Below, piece after piece: positions 36,506 through 45,284 of a stretch of DNA of 64,000 nt (the stretch's first letter is position 1; every line of letters starts with the position of its first letter). Below the pieces are notes generated by a model. The model made no database searches, was not told where the DNA came from, and saw only the letters and a program-made list of their open reading frames with translations. The stretch covers positions 31,632-95,631 of the forward strand of contig DOTG01000020.1 in NCBI GenBank assembly GCA_003512955.1. Reading direction: 5' to 3'. This stretch comes from Marinilabiliales bacterium. GTDB taxonomy: Bacteria; Bacteroidota; Bacteroidia; Bacteroidales; SZUA-534. The position numbers and the translations under genes are program-made.

Positions 36506-37762
36506 TTAAAAAGAAGTGAGAAAATACGCGGCAGGCATTGAGGTCGTCTTTGGATTGAGATGCTTCACTTCCAAATCGTTCGATAAAATAAACTGATGAA
36601 GTACCGGCTTATCCAAAATCTCTTCCAATCCCCTGAAATTTCTTGCATCTGTTTCAGAAATGTGGTCACTCATTTTAATTTCGATAGGGATATAACCCGC
36701 TTCAGTTTCCAACAGCAAATCAATCTCTCTCCCATCCAGTGTCCGCAGGTGATATAATTGAACCGGAAGCTGCAAGCTCTTAATTTGTTTATAGATTTCG
36801 GCTACCACCGCACTTTCATACTCATTGCCATAAACTGTTTTTGTTTTGCGTAAGATGGCATTCACAATCCCGGGATCCAAAAAATGAACTTTTGGAGTCC
36901 GCACCAGTTTTTTCAGGCTGTTCCTGTACCATGGCAACAATACCATAGCCTGATAACTGATTTCGAGATACTGCAAATAGCGTTGAGCTGTTTTTGATGT
37001 TACTCCGGCTTCCTTCGCCAGTTTCGAAAAGTTGATCAATTTCCCGGTATGCAGGGCCACCATCTGCTGTATTTTCATAAATGGTTCTAATTCCCTCAAT
37101 TCAACCAAATCGCGGATGTCGCGCTCCAGATAGGTTTTTACATAATTGACCAGCCATTCTTGCCGTTCCGCATCCCTCAGTTGGCTATCGGTTAAAGCAG
37201 GATAACCCCCAAAATCAAGAAAATAGTCCATGCCCGCTTTTTTAGCTGCAAACTCCTTTACCAAAGTGAAGTTTGGTAACAATGATTCCAGGGTTGCCTC
37301 ACCCAAAAAATACTTCTGCAGGAATGACAAACCCACCTCATCGTCCCATCCTTTCGATAATAATTCGGGCAGCGTTAAAGGATAAAGTTCGATAATCTGA
37401 CTCCGGCCTGCCAGGCTCTCTTTTACTTTCTGCAACAAAAGAATCTGGCTCGAACCTAATAAAATATATCGGGGTTTTTCAAACTGATCGTACACCGATT
37501 TGATGCTTTCAACCAAAATGGGTCCTTTTTGAATCTCATCGAGTATGGCTTTGGGATAATTGGCCAACCATTGGGGAGCCGATAACGAGGCATACGACTT
37601 CCTCATCACCGGGTCTTCTATCGAAAGGTATGTAAAATCAGGAAACGCCTGCCGTACCAACGTAGTTTTTCCGGTTTGCCGGGCTCCGGTAATAACCAGA
37701 ATCCGCCCAAATTTTGTCAGGCTTTTCTTCTGAATTCTTGAGGTTATCAATCTATTTTTCAT
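36506..37762 (-). CDS. AAA+ ATPase with C-terminal DUF4143 (COG1373-type), paralog 3
   Basis: Walker A GARQTGKTT, AILDEIQ, C-terminal REIDLLLE...PIEIKMS (D...E-x-K). Confidence 0.85.
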   Translation of the reverse strand: MKNRLITSRIQKKSLTKFGRILVITGARQTGKTTLVRQAFPDFTYLSIEDPVMRKSYASLSAPQWLANYPKAILDEIQKGPILVESIKSVYDQFEKPRYILLGSSQILLLQKVKESLAGRSQIIELYPLTLPELLSKGWDDEVGLSFLQKYFLGEATLESLLPNFTLVKEFAAKKAGMDYFLDFGGYPALTDSQLRDAERQEWLVNYVKTYLERDIRDLVELRELEPFMKIQQMVALHTGKLINFSKLAKEAGVTSKTAQRYLQYLEISYQAMVLLPWYRNSLKKLVRTPKVHFLDPGIVNAILRKTKTVYGNEYESAVVAEIYKQIKSLQLPVQLYHLRTLDGREIDLLLETEAGYIPIEIKMSDHISETDARNFRGLEEILDKPVLHQFILSNDLEVKHLNPKTTSMPAAYFLTSF

Positions 37763-37824
37763 ACTCTCTGTTTTGATTTTTTTGGGTAGTTAATTGATGG
37801 CAAACTTACATCAAAAAATAATTA

Positions 37825-37910
37825 ATTCCAATTTTTACGCCATTATTTGGAATTGTATTCCAATTTTTACGCCATTATTTGGAATTGTATTCCGTATTTT
37901 ACGCTCATAT
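37825..37910. repeat. Tandem 32-bp repeat (two identical copies plus a degenerate third) upstream of ATPase-3
   Basis: attccaatttttacgccattatttggaattgt at 37825-37856 and again at 37857-37888. The third copy matches 16/22. Copy junctions create GGAATTGTATTCC palindromes at 37849-37861 and 37881-37893. Confidence 0.9.
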
Positions 37911-37924
37911 ATCTGCGTAAGAAT

Positions 37925-37956
37925 AAAAAAAAGCTGCAAAACAACTTGCAGCTTTC
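37925..37956 (-). terminator. Rho-independent terminator of metK
   Basis: Minus strand: AGCTGCAA-gttgtt-TTGCAGCT followed by T8, starting about 20 nt after the metK stop codon. Confidence 0.75.
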
Positions 37957-37974
37957 AAACTATATCTGATTGAT

Positions 37975-39228
37975 TTATAACGAGAATGCCTTTTTTATTG
38001 CATCCACATAATCTAACTTTTCCCAGGTAAACAGTTCCACTTCAAACTCTTTCTTCCCGGAATAGGGCGATTCAAACACCTTTTTCACTTTCCGGGGAGT
38101 GCGTCCCATGTGTCCATAGGCAGCAGTGTCTTCGTAAATGGGGTTACGGAGTTTCAAACGGTCTTCGATGGCTGCCGGCCGTAAATCGAAAATAGCTTCC
38201 ACTTTCTGGGCAATTTCACCATCAGAAAGTTTTACTTTGGCCGTGCCATAAGAATTAACAAAAACACCTACAGGTTTGGCTACACCTATGGCATAAGCTA
38301 CCTGCACCAAAATTTCGTCGGCTATTCCGGCAGCAACCATATTTTTAGCAATGTGACGGGCTGCATATGCAGCGGAACGATCCACTTTCGAAGGGTCTTT
38401 CCCTGAAAAAGCACCACCTCCGTGAGCTCCTTTACCGCCGTAAGTGTCAACAATAATTTTACGCCCGGTTAAGCCGGTATCTCCATGAGGCCCCCCAATC
38501 ACAAATTTTCCGGTCGGATTCACGTGCAACACAAAATCCCCATCGAAAAGTTTTTTCACCCGTTCGGGAAGCTGGGCGATAGTCCGTGGAATTAAAATGG
38601 TGCGCACGTCTTCTTTAATCTTTGCCAACATCGGTTCGTCTTTATCAAACTCGTCATGCTGGGTTGAAACAACGATGGTATGCACCCGTTTGGGTTGGTT
38701 GTCGTCGCCATATTCAATGGTTACCTGGCTTTTTGAATCGGGGCGGAGGTAAGTCATCACCTTTCCCTCGCGGCGGATGACAGACAATTCCAACAGCAGC
38801 CGGTGCGACAATTCGAGCGAAAGAGGCATGTAATCGTCGGTTTCGCGGCAAGCATAACCAAACATCATTCCCTGATCGCCTGCTCCCTGGTTCATGTGCT
38901 CTTCGCGATCGACTCCACGGTTAATATCGGCCGACTGTTCGTGAATGGCCGACAATACGCCGCACGAATCGCCTTCAAAGCGGTACTCGCCCTTGGTATA
39001 ACCAATCCGGTTGATGACTTTACGCGCCACTTCCTGTACATCGACATAGGTTTGTGAACGTACTTCGCCAGCCAAAACCACTTGCCCCGTGGTTACTAAT
39101 GTTTCACAGGCCACTTTGGAGTTTGGGTCGAAGGCCAGAAAATTATCTAGCAACGCGTCGGAAATTTGATCGGCCACTTTATCAGGATGCCCTTCGGACA
39201 CCGATTCTGATGTAAATAAATATCCCAT
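37975..39228 (-). CDS. metK: S-adenosylmethionine synthetase
   Basis: [55 protein letters not shown]. The ATG at 39226-39228 is used. The 37-codon upstream extension in the track has no MetK similarity. Confidence 0.95.
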   Translation of the reverse strand: MGYLFTSESVSEGHPDKVADQISDALLDNFLAFDPNSKVACETLVTTGQVVLAGEVRSQTYVDVQEVARKVINRIGYTKGEYRFEGDSCGVLSAIHEQSADINRGVDREEHMNQGAGDQGMMFGYACRETDDYMPLSLELSHRLLLELSVIRREGKVMTYLRPDSKSQVTIEYGDDNQPKRVHTIVVSTQHDEFDKDEPMLAKIKEDVRTILIPRTIAQLPERVKKLFDGDFVLHVNPTGKFVIGGPHGDTGLTGRKIIVDTYGGKGAHGGGAFSGKDPSKVDRSAAYAARHIAKNMVAAGIADEILVQVAYAIGVAKPVGVFVNSYGTAKVKLSDGEIAQKVEAIFDLRPAAIEDRLKLRNPIYEDTAAYGHMGRTPRKVKKVFESPYSGKKEFEVELFTWEKLDYVDAIKKAFSL

Positions 39229-39347
39229 AATAGACTTTTTAATTGAAAATAAACAGGGGAAAGAGGTGAATGTTATGCAGAATGGAATTCTTTTTAGCAT
39301 TTTTTCCTGTGGTTGCAATACGTTCAAATCTTTCCACATTTGAGCGG

Positions 39348-39355
39348 CAAATATA
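39348..39355 (-). promoter_or_regulatory. Candidate -7 box TATATTTG for metK
   Basis: Minus-strand TATATTTG matches TAnnTTTG about 120 nt upstream of the metK ATG. Confidence 0.35.
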
Positions 39356-39504
39356 CTATTTTATCTTTGAAAACATGAAATAAAATTCATTTTCCTAGTT
39401 TCGCCGAAAAATAAGTCACGTTTACCGATTCGTTTTTGTGGTATTGTACAGGATGGGTTACTTTTGGCATGAAATTAATTCGAAATCAAAAAATCTAAAT
39501 AATT

Positions 39505-40254
39505 ATGGACTACTCAAAAAAAGATTCCTTTACAACGAAACATCAATGCACCCGACATGATGGTGTTCCTTTTATTGGAATATTCTTAATCGGGTTGGGC
39601 TTGGTTTTTCTGTTCGACCGGATGAACCTTATTCCCGAAGGTTGGCGTGACATTATTTTAAGTATCCCTATGCTGCTTATATTTATTGGTTTAATCAATA
39701 TCTTCCGCAACCAATCCCGCTTTGCCGGTTTAATTCTTATTATTATTGGTGGTGCTTTTTTATTACCTGATGTTTTTAACCTGCCTTTTGAAACCAAACA
39801 ATTGATTTGGCCTTTAATTCTGATTCTGATTGGCATTTTTATAGTCTTTAAAACCCAAAACCGCAAACGCCCGCATGTTTTTTTCCCCCAGTCAGAAACC
39901 ACCAATAGCAATGAACGTATTGAAGAGGTAGCCATTTTCGGAGGAGGTAAACGCGTAATAGCCAGCCAGAATTTCAAAGGAGGAACCATTACCGCCATCT
40001 TTGGAGGCCTAGAACTGGATCTATCCGATGCAGAACTGAGCGATGAAGGTGCTGTGATTGAATTGTCGTGCATCTTTGGTGGTGCCACCCTGATTGTAAA
40101 ACCCGAGTGGGATGTGCAGGTACAGGTTACTTCAGTGATGGGCGGTTTTTCCGATAAACGTAAAGTGTATAAACCCACAGGAACTCCATCGACAAAAAAA
40201 CTATTAATCAAAGGTGAAGCTATCTTTGGTGGGGGTGAACTCAAAAGTTTCTAG
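39505..40254 (+). CDS. LiaF-like membrane protein (cell-wall-active-antibiotic response, DUF2154-type C-terminus)
   Basis: Four N-terminal TM helices. The C-terminal repeats IFGGGKRV, AIFGGLELDLSDAEL, CIFGGATLIVKPEW and AIFGGGELK are typical of the LiaF C-terminal domain. Confidence 0.7.
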   Translation: MDYSKKDSFTTKHQCTRHDGVPFIGIFLIGLGLVFLFDRMNLIPEGWRDIILSIPMLLIFIGLINIFRNQSRFAGLILIIIGGAFLLPDVFNLPFETKQLIWPLILILIGIFIVFKTQNRKRPHVFFPQSETTNSNERIEEVAIFGGGKRVIASQNFKGGTITAIFGGLELDLSDAELSDEGAVIELSCIFGGATLIVKPEWDVQVQVTSVMGGFSDKRKVYKPTGTPSTKKLLIKGEAIFGGGELKSF

Positions 40255-40295
40255 CAAACAGTTGATACTCCATGAAGATTTTTGTTAATATAAAT

Positions 40296-40334
40296 AAAAA
40301 AGCATCCATACAACTCCGGTAGTGGATGCTTTTG
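40296..40334 (+). terminator. Stem-loop terminator/attenuator between the LiaF-like gene and the histidine kinase
   Basis: AGCATCCA (40301-40308), a 14-nt loop, TGGATGCT (40323-40330), then TTTTG. Preceded by an A-run. Confidence 0.6.
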
Positions 40335-40357
40335 TAATTTAGTAATCTTAAAAAATA

Positions 40358-41431
40358 TTGACCGTGAAACACCCGATTACCCAAAGTTTTAAATACATAC
40401 TGGCTTATAGCGGTATGTGGGTTTTGGTTTTAGGTGTTCACGTGGCCACATTAATGTATCTGAATCAAATTGATTTTGTAAGTTCTTTGATCGATGGGTT
40501 GGTTTTTAATACCTTGTTTGCCTTGATTGGCGTGGCTTTGTGGTATCCTGTTTTTTATAACGACCTTGAAAAACAGTCGGTAACAAACCTGATAATCCAT
40601 CATTTAGGTATTATGGCACTGACACTGGCTTTTTGGTTCAGTACCGGGGTTTTCCTTACCAAAACAATCTTGAAATTTGTTCAGCCGGAATTATTAATTG
40701 GTGATTTTGGTTTCCCTTGGCGGATTTACACGGGTATTTTTCTCTATTTTGCCCTGATCATGATTTACTACCTGCTCATTTATGGGTACAACCTCAGGGA
40801 ACACATGCTTCAGGAATCACAATTACGGGAAAAAATCAACGAAGCAGAACTGAATTCACTCAAATCGCAAATCAACCCCCATTTTTTGTTCAATAGTTTG
40901 AATTCTATCAGTTCGCTAACCATTACCAATCCTGAAAAAGCCCATGAAATGATCATCAAGCTTTCGAGCTTTTTGCGTTATTCCCTGGCCCACGACCCCA
41001 ACAACCTCATCCCCTTGCGGCAGGAAATCGAGAACATGGAGTCGTATATCTCGGTGGAGAAAATCCGGTTTGGAGAGAAACTGATTTTTGAACAACAAAT
41101 AGGAGCCTCTTGTTTCGAGCACAAAGTCCCTTTCCTAATCTTACAACCTTTGATTGAAAACGCCATTAAACATGGGGTTTATGAAAGTACCGAACCTGTG
41201 ACGGTTTCTGTTGCATGTGAAAAACTTCCCGACCAAAGTTTAAAAATCTCCATCAGTAATGGTTTCGACCCCGAAGCTGTACCCCGTAAAGGGACCGGCA
41301 CTGGAATAAAAAATATTATTGAGCGGTTGAAAATCATCTATCAATTGAATGACCTGTTTTCGATCCAAAAAACGGATTGTTCATTTACTGTTCAGCTTAT
41401 TATTCCTCATAAACCTGTTTTTAAAAATTAA
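40358..41431 (+). CDS. Sensor histidine kinase, LytS/YehU family
   Basis: Multi-TM N-terminus, H-box region NPHFLFNSLNSISSL, N-box LQPLIENAIKHG. The start codon is uncertain (TTG at 40358 in the track). Confidence 0.85.
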   Translation: MTVKHPITQSFKYILAYSGMWVLVLGVHVATLMYLNQIDFVSSLIDGLVFNTLFALIGVALWYPVFYNDLEKQSVTNLIIHHLGIMALTLAFWFSTGVFLTKTILKFVQPELLIGDFGFPWRIYTGIFLYFALIMIYYLLIYGYNLREHMLQESQLREKINEAELNSLKSQINPHFLFNSLNSISSLTITNPEKAHEMIIKLSSFLRYSLAHDPNNLIPLRQEIENMESYISVEKIRFGEKLIFEQQIGASCFEHKVPFLILQPLIENAIKHGVYESTEPVTVSVACEKLPDQSLKISISNGFDPEAVPRKGTGTGIKNIIERLKIIYQLNDLFSIQKTDCSFTVQLIIPHKPVFKN

Positions 41432-41454
41432 CCCGGACTTTAAACCCTACCATT

Positions 41455-42207
41455 ATGAGAGCCCTGATTATTGAAGACGAAGCCCCGGCCCGTGAAATAG
41501 TTAAAACCTTTATGAAAAGCCATGCCGATATTGAATTGATTGGTGAATTTTCCGACGGTTTTTCAGGCCTGAAAGCCATTAAGGAGTTGCAACCCGACTT
41601 GGTTTTTTTAGATGTCCAGATGCCTAAAATTACTGGCTTTGAGTTGTTAGAGCTACTCGATGAGCGCCCTCAGATTGTATTTACAACGGCTTACGATCAA
41701 TATGCCATCAAGGCTTTTGAAATGAATGCTGTAGATTACCTGTTGAAACCTTTCTCAAAAGAGCGGTTCAATCAAGCACTGGATAAAGTACGTGTTAATA
41801 GCATTGCCACAAAAAAGGCGGATTTAAAAGAGGACCCCATTCAACACGTATTGGATACGATTGATGAAAAAACAGAAAACCTGTTCCGGGTGGTTGTCAA
41901 GAAAGGTTCCGACATTCACATGATTCCGGTTGAAGATATTCTTTATATCGAAGCTAAAGATGATTATGTGATGATTTATACTGAAAAGGGCCGGTTTTTG
42001 AAAGAAAAAACCATGAAATACTACGAAACCCATTTAAGCACCGATGATTTTGTCCGTGTGCACCGCTCGTACATCGTGCGGATCGAACAGGTAAAGCGCC
42101 TGGAACCTTACGGAAAATCCTCATACATTGCCATCTTGGGGCAAGGCCAGAAAATTAATGTGAGCTTGGCCGGATATAAAAAACTGAAAGAGGGGTTAAG
42201 CTTCTAA
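41455..42207 (+). CDS. LytTR-family response regulator
   Basis: Receiver domain (ALIIEDE..., DLVFLDVQMP) plus a LytTR DNA-binding C-terminus (FVRVHRSYIVRI). Confidence 0.9.
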   Translation: MRALIIEDEAPAREIVKTFMKSHADIELIGEFSDGFSGLKAIKELQPDLVFLDVQMPKITGFELLELLDERPQIVFTTAYDQYAIKAFEMNAVDYLLKPFSKERFNQALDKVRVNSIATKKADLKEDPIQHVLDTIDEKTENLFRVVVKKGSDIHMIPVEDILYIEAKDDYVMIYTEKGRFLKEKTMKYYETHLSTDDFVRVHRSYIVRIEQVKRLEPYGKSSYIAILGQGQKINVSLAGYKKLKEGLSF

Positions 42208-42223
42208 TCCCTTCTGAAAGCCT

Positions 42224-43135
42224 TTATTTATTGGTTAATTCCTGAAATACCTCTTCCAGCGATTTTTCCTTTTTCTGCATGGAGAGTACCGCAATTTGTT
42301 TTGAAACTGCAAAGTTGAACAAATCCTGCCGGATGTCTTTTCCGGTAGTGCCTTGAACGATCCAATGGTTGTCTTTTATCCGTTTTACATGGGTTATCCC
42401 TTCTACTTGAGCCAACTCCGACTCAACAGGATCGCTGTTAAACTCAATCAAGACTACCTGTTGTTCCTCTGAAAGCGTCTGTTGCAAATGACCGGTAGCA
42501 TCGTCGGCAATAATTTGCCCGCTTTTAATAATAATAATCCGTCCGCAAATGGCCTTCACCTCCTGCATAATATGTGTGGAGAGCAGGATGGTTTTTTCTT
42601 TTCCAATCTCGGTAATCAGGTTACGGATTTCAATAATTTGATTGGGGTCCAACCCTGAGGTGGGTTCGTCGAGAATCAACACCTTGGGATCGTGGATTAA
42701 TGCCTGAGCTAAACCCACCCGTTGCCGATATCCTTTTGATAAAGCCCCAATTTTTTTCTTTCGCTCCAAAGTCAATCCTGTCTTTAACACCATCTCCTCC
42801 ACCCTTTCTTTTTTGTTGGGTAGGTGATACATCCCCGCCACAAACTCAAGATATTCCTTAACAAACATATCCAAATACAGGGGGTTGTTCTCAGGCAGAT
42901 AACCCAAAAACCGTTTCACCTCCAAATCGTCGGTAACCACATCAAACCCTTCTACCTTAACTTGACCCGAAGTTGGGGGGATTACCCCTGTAATAATCTT
43001 CATCAAGGTAGATTTTCCTGCCCCGTTTGGGCCTAAAAAGCCAACCACTTCGCCGGTTTTGATAGAAAAACTGACATCCTTTAAGGCCTTTTGCTCCCCA
43101 TAAACTTTTGTTACCTGATTTACTTCGATAGACAT
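42224..43135 (-). CDS. gldA: ABC transporter ATP-binding protein, GldA-like
   Basis: Walker A GPNGAGKST, signature LSKGYRQRV, Walker B LILDEPTSGLD. The N-terminus MSIEVNQVTKVYGEQKA closely resembles F. johnsoniae GldA as I remember it. Confidence 0.65.
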   Translation of the reverse strand: MSIEVNQVTKVYGEQKALKDVSFSIKTGEVVGFLGPNGAGKSTLMKIITGVIPPTSGQVKVEGFDVVTDDLEVKRFLGYLPENNPLYLDMFVKEYLEFVAGMYHLPNKKERVEEMVLKTGLTLERKKKIGALSKGYRQRVGLAQALIHDPKVLILDEPTSGLDPNQIIEIRNLITEIGKEKTILLSTHIMQEVKAICGRIIIIKSGQIIADDATGHLQQTLSEEQQVVLIEFNSDPVESELAQVEGITHVKRIKDNHWIVQGTTGKDIRQDLFNFAVSKQIAVLSMQKKEKSLEEVFQELTNK

Positions 43136-43266
43136 AATACTGATATGGTTAATCGTTTCAGATTTTTAAACAAACTTTATTAAAAATCACCATAAAACGC
43201 ACGAAACAAATTCTTTTGATTCCCCGCCCCTCATGGTGATTTAGTGTTTTTAATATACCGCTTCTG

Positions 43267-45102
43267 TTATTCAACTGTCACCGATTTGGCCAGGTTTCGG
43301 GGTTGATCCACGTTGCAACCACGCATCACAGCAATGTGATACGAAAGTAACTGCAAGGGGATAACCGACATCAACGGGGCCAAATGTTCAGGCGTTTCAG
43401 GAACTTCAATCACATGGTTGGCCATTTTTTTAATGGTGTCGTCGCCTTCAGTTACCACTGCAATAACGATCCCGTTTCTGGCCTTAACCTCTTGAATGTT
43501 CGATACAATTTTTTCGTACGAACTGTCTTTGGTAGCAATAACCACCACCGGCATGTTTTCGTCAATCAAGGCAATGGGTCCATGCTTCATCTCCGCTGCC
43601 GGATAACCCTCGGCATGGATGTAGGATATTTCTTTCAATTTCAACGCCCCTTCGAGAGCCACGGGGAACAAAAACCCGCGTCCCAGGTAAATGGCATTGT
43701 TCCGGTCTTTATAAAGTTTTGAAATGGTTTTGATGTGTTCATTGGCACCCAACGCCCTTTCTATTTTCTCGGGAATGAGGGTCAATTCTTTAATCAAATG
43801 ATGGTACTGTTCATTGGAGATTTGATATTTGTTGTGAGCCAATTTCAGCGCCATCATGGTTAACACCGTTACTTGTGCTGTAAACGCTTTGGTTGAAGCT
43901 ACCCCTATTTCAGGGCCGGCATGGGTGTAAACCCCGGCATCGGTTTCGCGTGGGATGCTGCTCCCTACCACGTTGCAAATACCTAATACCATTGCTCCTG
44001 CCTCTTTTGCCAACCTGATAGCCGCCAGAGTGTCAGCAGTTTCACCGCTCTGACTGATGGCTATAACCACATCGTCGCTATAAATAACCGGTTTCCGGTA
44101 ACGGAATTCCGACCCATATTCTACTTCTACCGGGATGCGGGCAAATTCTTCAAAAAGATATTCCCCAACCAAACCGGCATGCCAGGAGGTTCCACAGGCT
44201 ACGATGATTATCCGCCGGGCTTTTTCCAAATCGGGCCATACGGCGTGTAATCCACCTAAATGGATGTTCATTAAATCGGGAGTTATCCTTCCCCGGAATG
44301 TATCGGCAATGGCCTTGGGTTGCTCATAAATCTCCTTCAGCATAAAATGGTCAAATCCCATTTTATCAATTTCCCCAATGTCCAACGAAAGCTCCTGTAT
44401 ATTAGGAATTAGTGATTGATTCTGGATGGTTTTTAATTGCAACTCATTTTTCTGGATCACGGCAACATCATCGTCGTTCATGTAAATGACACTCTTGGTG
44501 TATTCCACGATGGGTGTGGCATCCGATGCTAAAAAATACTCGCCTTGACCCACGCCAATAACCAACGGGCTCCCTTTACGGGCTGCAATCAGCTTATCAG
44601 GTTCGTTTTTGCACATAACCACTAACCCGTAGGCACCAACTACTTTCGAAAGGGCCAAGCGTACCGCCATTTCAGCAGTCATAGGGTTGCTCAAATAAAT
44701 ATATTCAATCAAATTGGCCAAGACTTCCGTATCGGTTTCGCTTTGAAACTCATATCCACGATGGATCAACTTTTCCTTCAGCCGGGCATAATTCTCGATA
44801 ATCCCATTATGGATAATAATAAAGTTTTTATGGAACGATGCGTGAGGGTGTGCATTTACATCATTCGGCTCCCCGTGCGTAGCCCAGCGGGTATGCCCCA
44901 TACCTATTTTCCCAGTCACCATTTGCTGTCCGATAAATGATTCCAGGTCGCTTACTTTGCCTTTTCGTTTGTAAAGCAATGTCTCTCCGTTTAATAAAGC
45001 TACACCGGCTGAATCATAACCCCGGTATTCAAGGCGCTTCAATCCATTAATCAGAATGGGATAGGCTTCTTTGTCTCCAATGTATCCAACAATTCCGCAC
45101 AT
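43267..45102 (-). CDS. glmS: Glutamine--fructose-6-phosphate aminotransferase
   Basis: N-terminal MCGIVGY nucleophile, two SIS domains, C-terminal ...LAKSVTVE. Confidence 0.95.
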   Translation of the reverse strand: MCGIVGYIGDKEAYPILINGLKRLEYRGYDSAGVALLNGETLLYKRKGKVSDLESFIGQQMVTGKIGMGHTRWATHGEPNDVNAHPHASFHKNFIIIHNGIIENYARLKEKLIHRGYEFQSETDTEVLANLIEYIYLSNPMTAEMAVRLALSKVVGAYGLVVMCKNEPDKLIAARKGSPLVIGVGQGEYFLASDATPIVEYTKSVIYMNDDDVAVIQKNELQLKTIQNQSLIPNIQELSLDIGEIDKMGFDHFMLKEIYEQPKAIADTFRGRITPDLMNIHLGGLHAVWPDLEKARRIIIVACGTSWHAGLVGEYLFEEFARIPVEVEYGSEFRYRKPVIYSDDVVIAISQSGETADTLAAIRLAKEAGAMVLGICNVVGSSIPRETDAGVYTHAGPEIGVASTKAFTAQVTVLTMMALKLAHNKYQISNEQYHHLIKELTLIPEKIERALGANEHIKTISKLYKDRNNAIYLGRGFLFPVALEGALKLKEISYIHAEGYPAAEMKHGPIALIDENMPVVVIATKDSSYEKIVSNIQEVKARNGIVIAVVTEGDDTIKKMANHVIEVPETPEHLAPLMSVIPLQLLSYHIAVMRGCNVDQPRNLAKSVTVE

Positions 45103-45284
45103 AGTTGTTTTGTTTAGTTAAGTGTGTGTGTGTAAAAACTCTTTTATTAATCTTTATAGTATGTTGCTGATAATAAAATAAAAAAAATTATGGTACTCCT
45201 TTGAACTTCATTTAATGAAAAAACCAACCCAAAAGGCCGGTTCTCAATGTCTTGAATAAACAAAAAATGACCGCCCGGAATGCC

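Noticed and set aside
37825-37910. Tandem 32-bp repeats considered as a possible CRISPR array
   Set aside because: The units are directly abutting with no spacers, there are only about 2.7 copies, and no cas genes are nearby. This is a tandem repeat, not a CRISPR array.
39229-39339. 37-codon N-terminal extension of metK in the track
   Set aside because: MetK homology starts at [17 protein letters not shown], and the extension has no similarity to MetK. The region is treated as leader RNA instead.
39543-40244. 233-aa minus-strand ORF covering the LiaF-like gene
   Set aside because: It is Pro/Ser/Arg-rich nonsense antisense to a gene with clear TM helices and LiaF-type repeats, so it is a shadow ORF.
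45122-45133. (GT)6 dinucleotide repeat 20 nt upstream of glmS
   Set aside because: It is too short to argue for phase variation and there is no supporting context. Noted only.
45103-45284. Possible glmS ribozyme in the glmS leader
   Set aside because: I could not recognise the conserved glmS ribozyme core. To my knowledge that ribozyme is mainly a Firmicutes feature. A cmscan would settle it.
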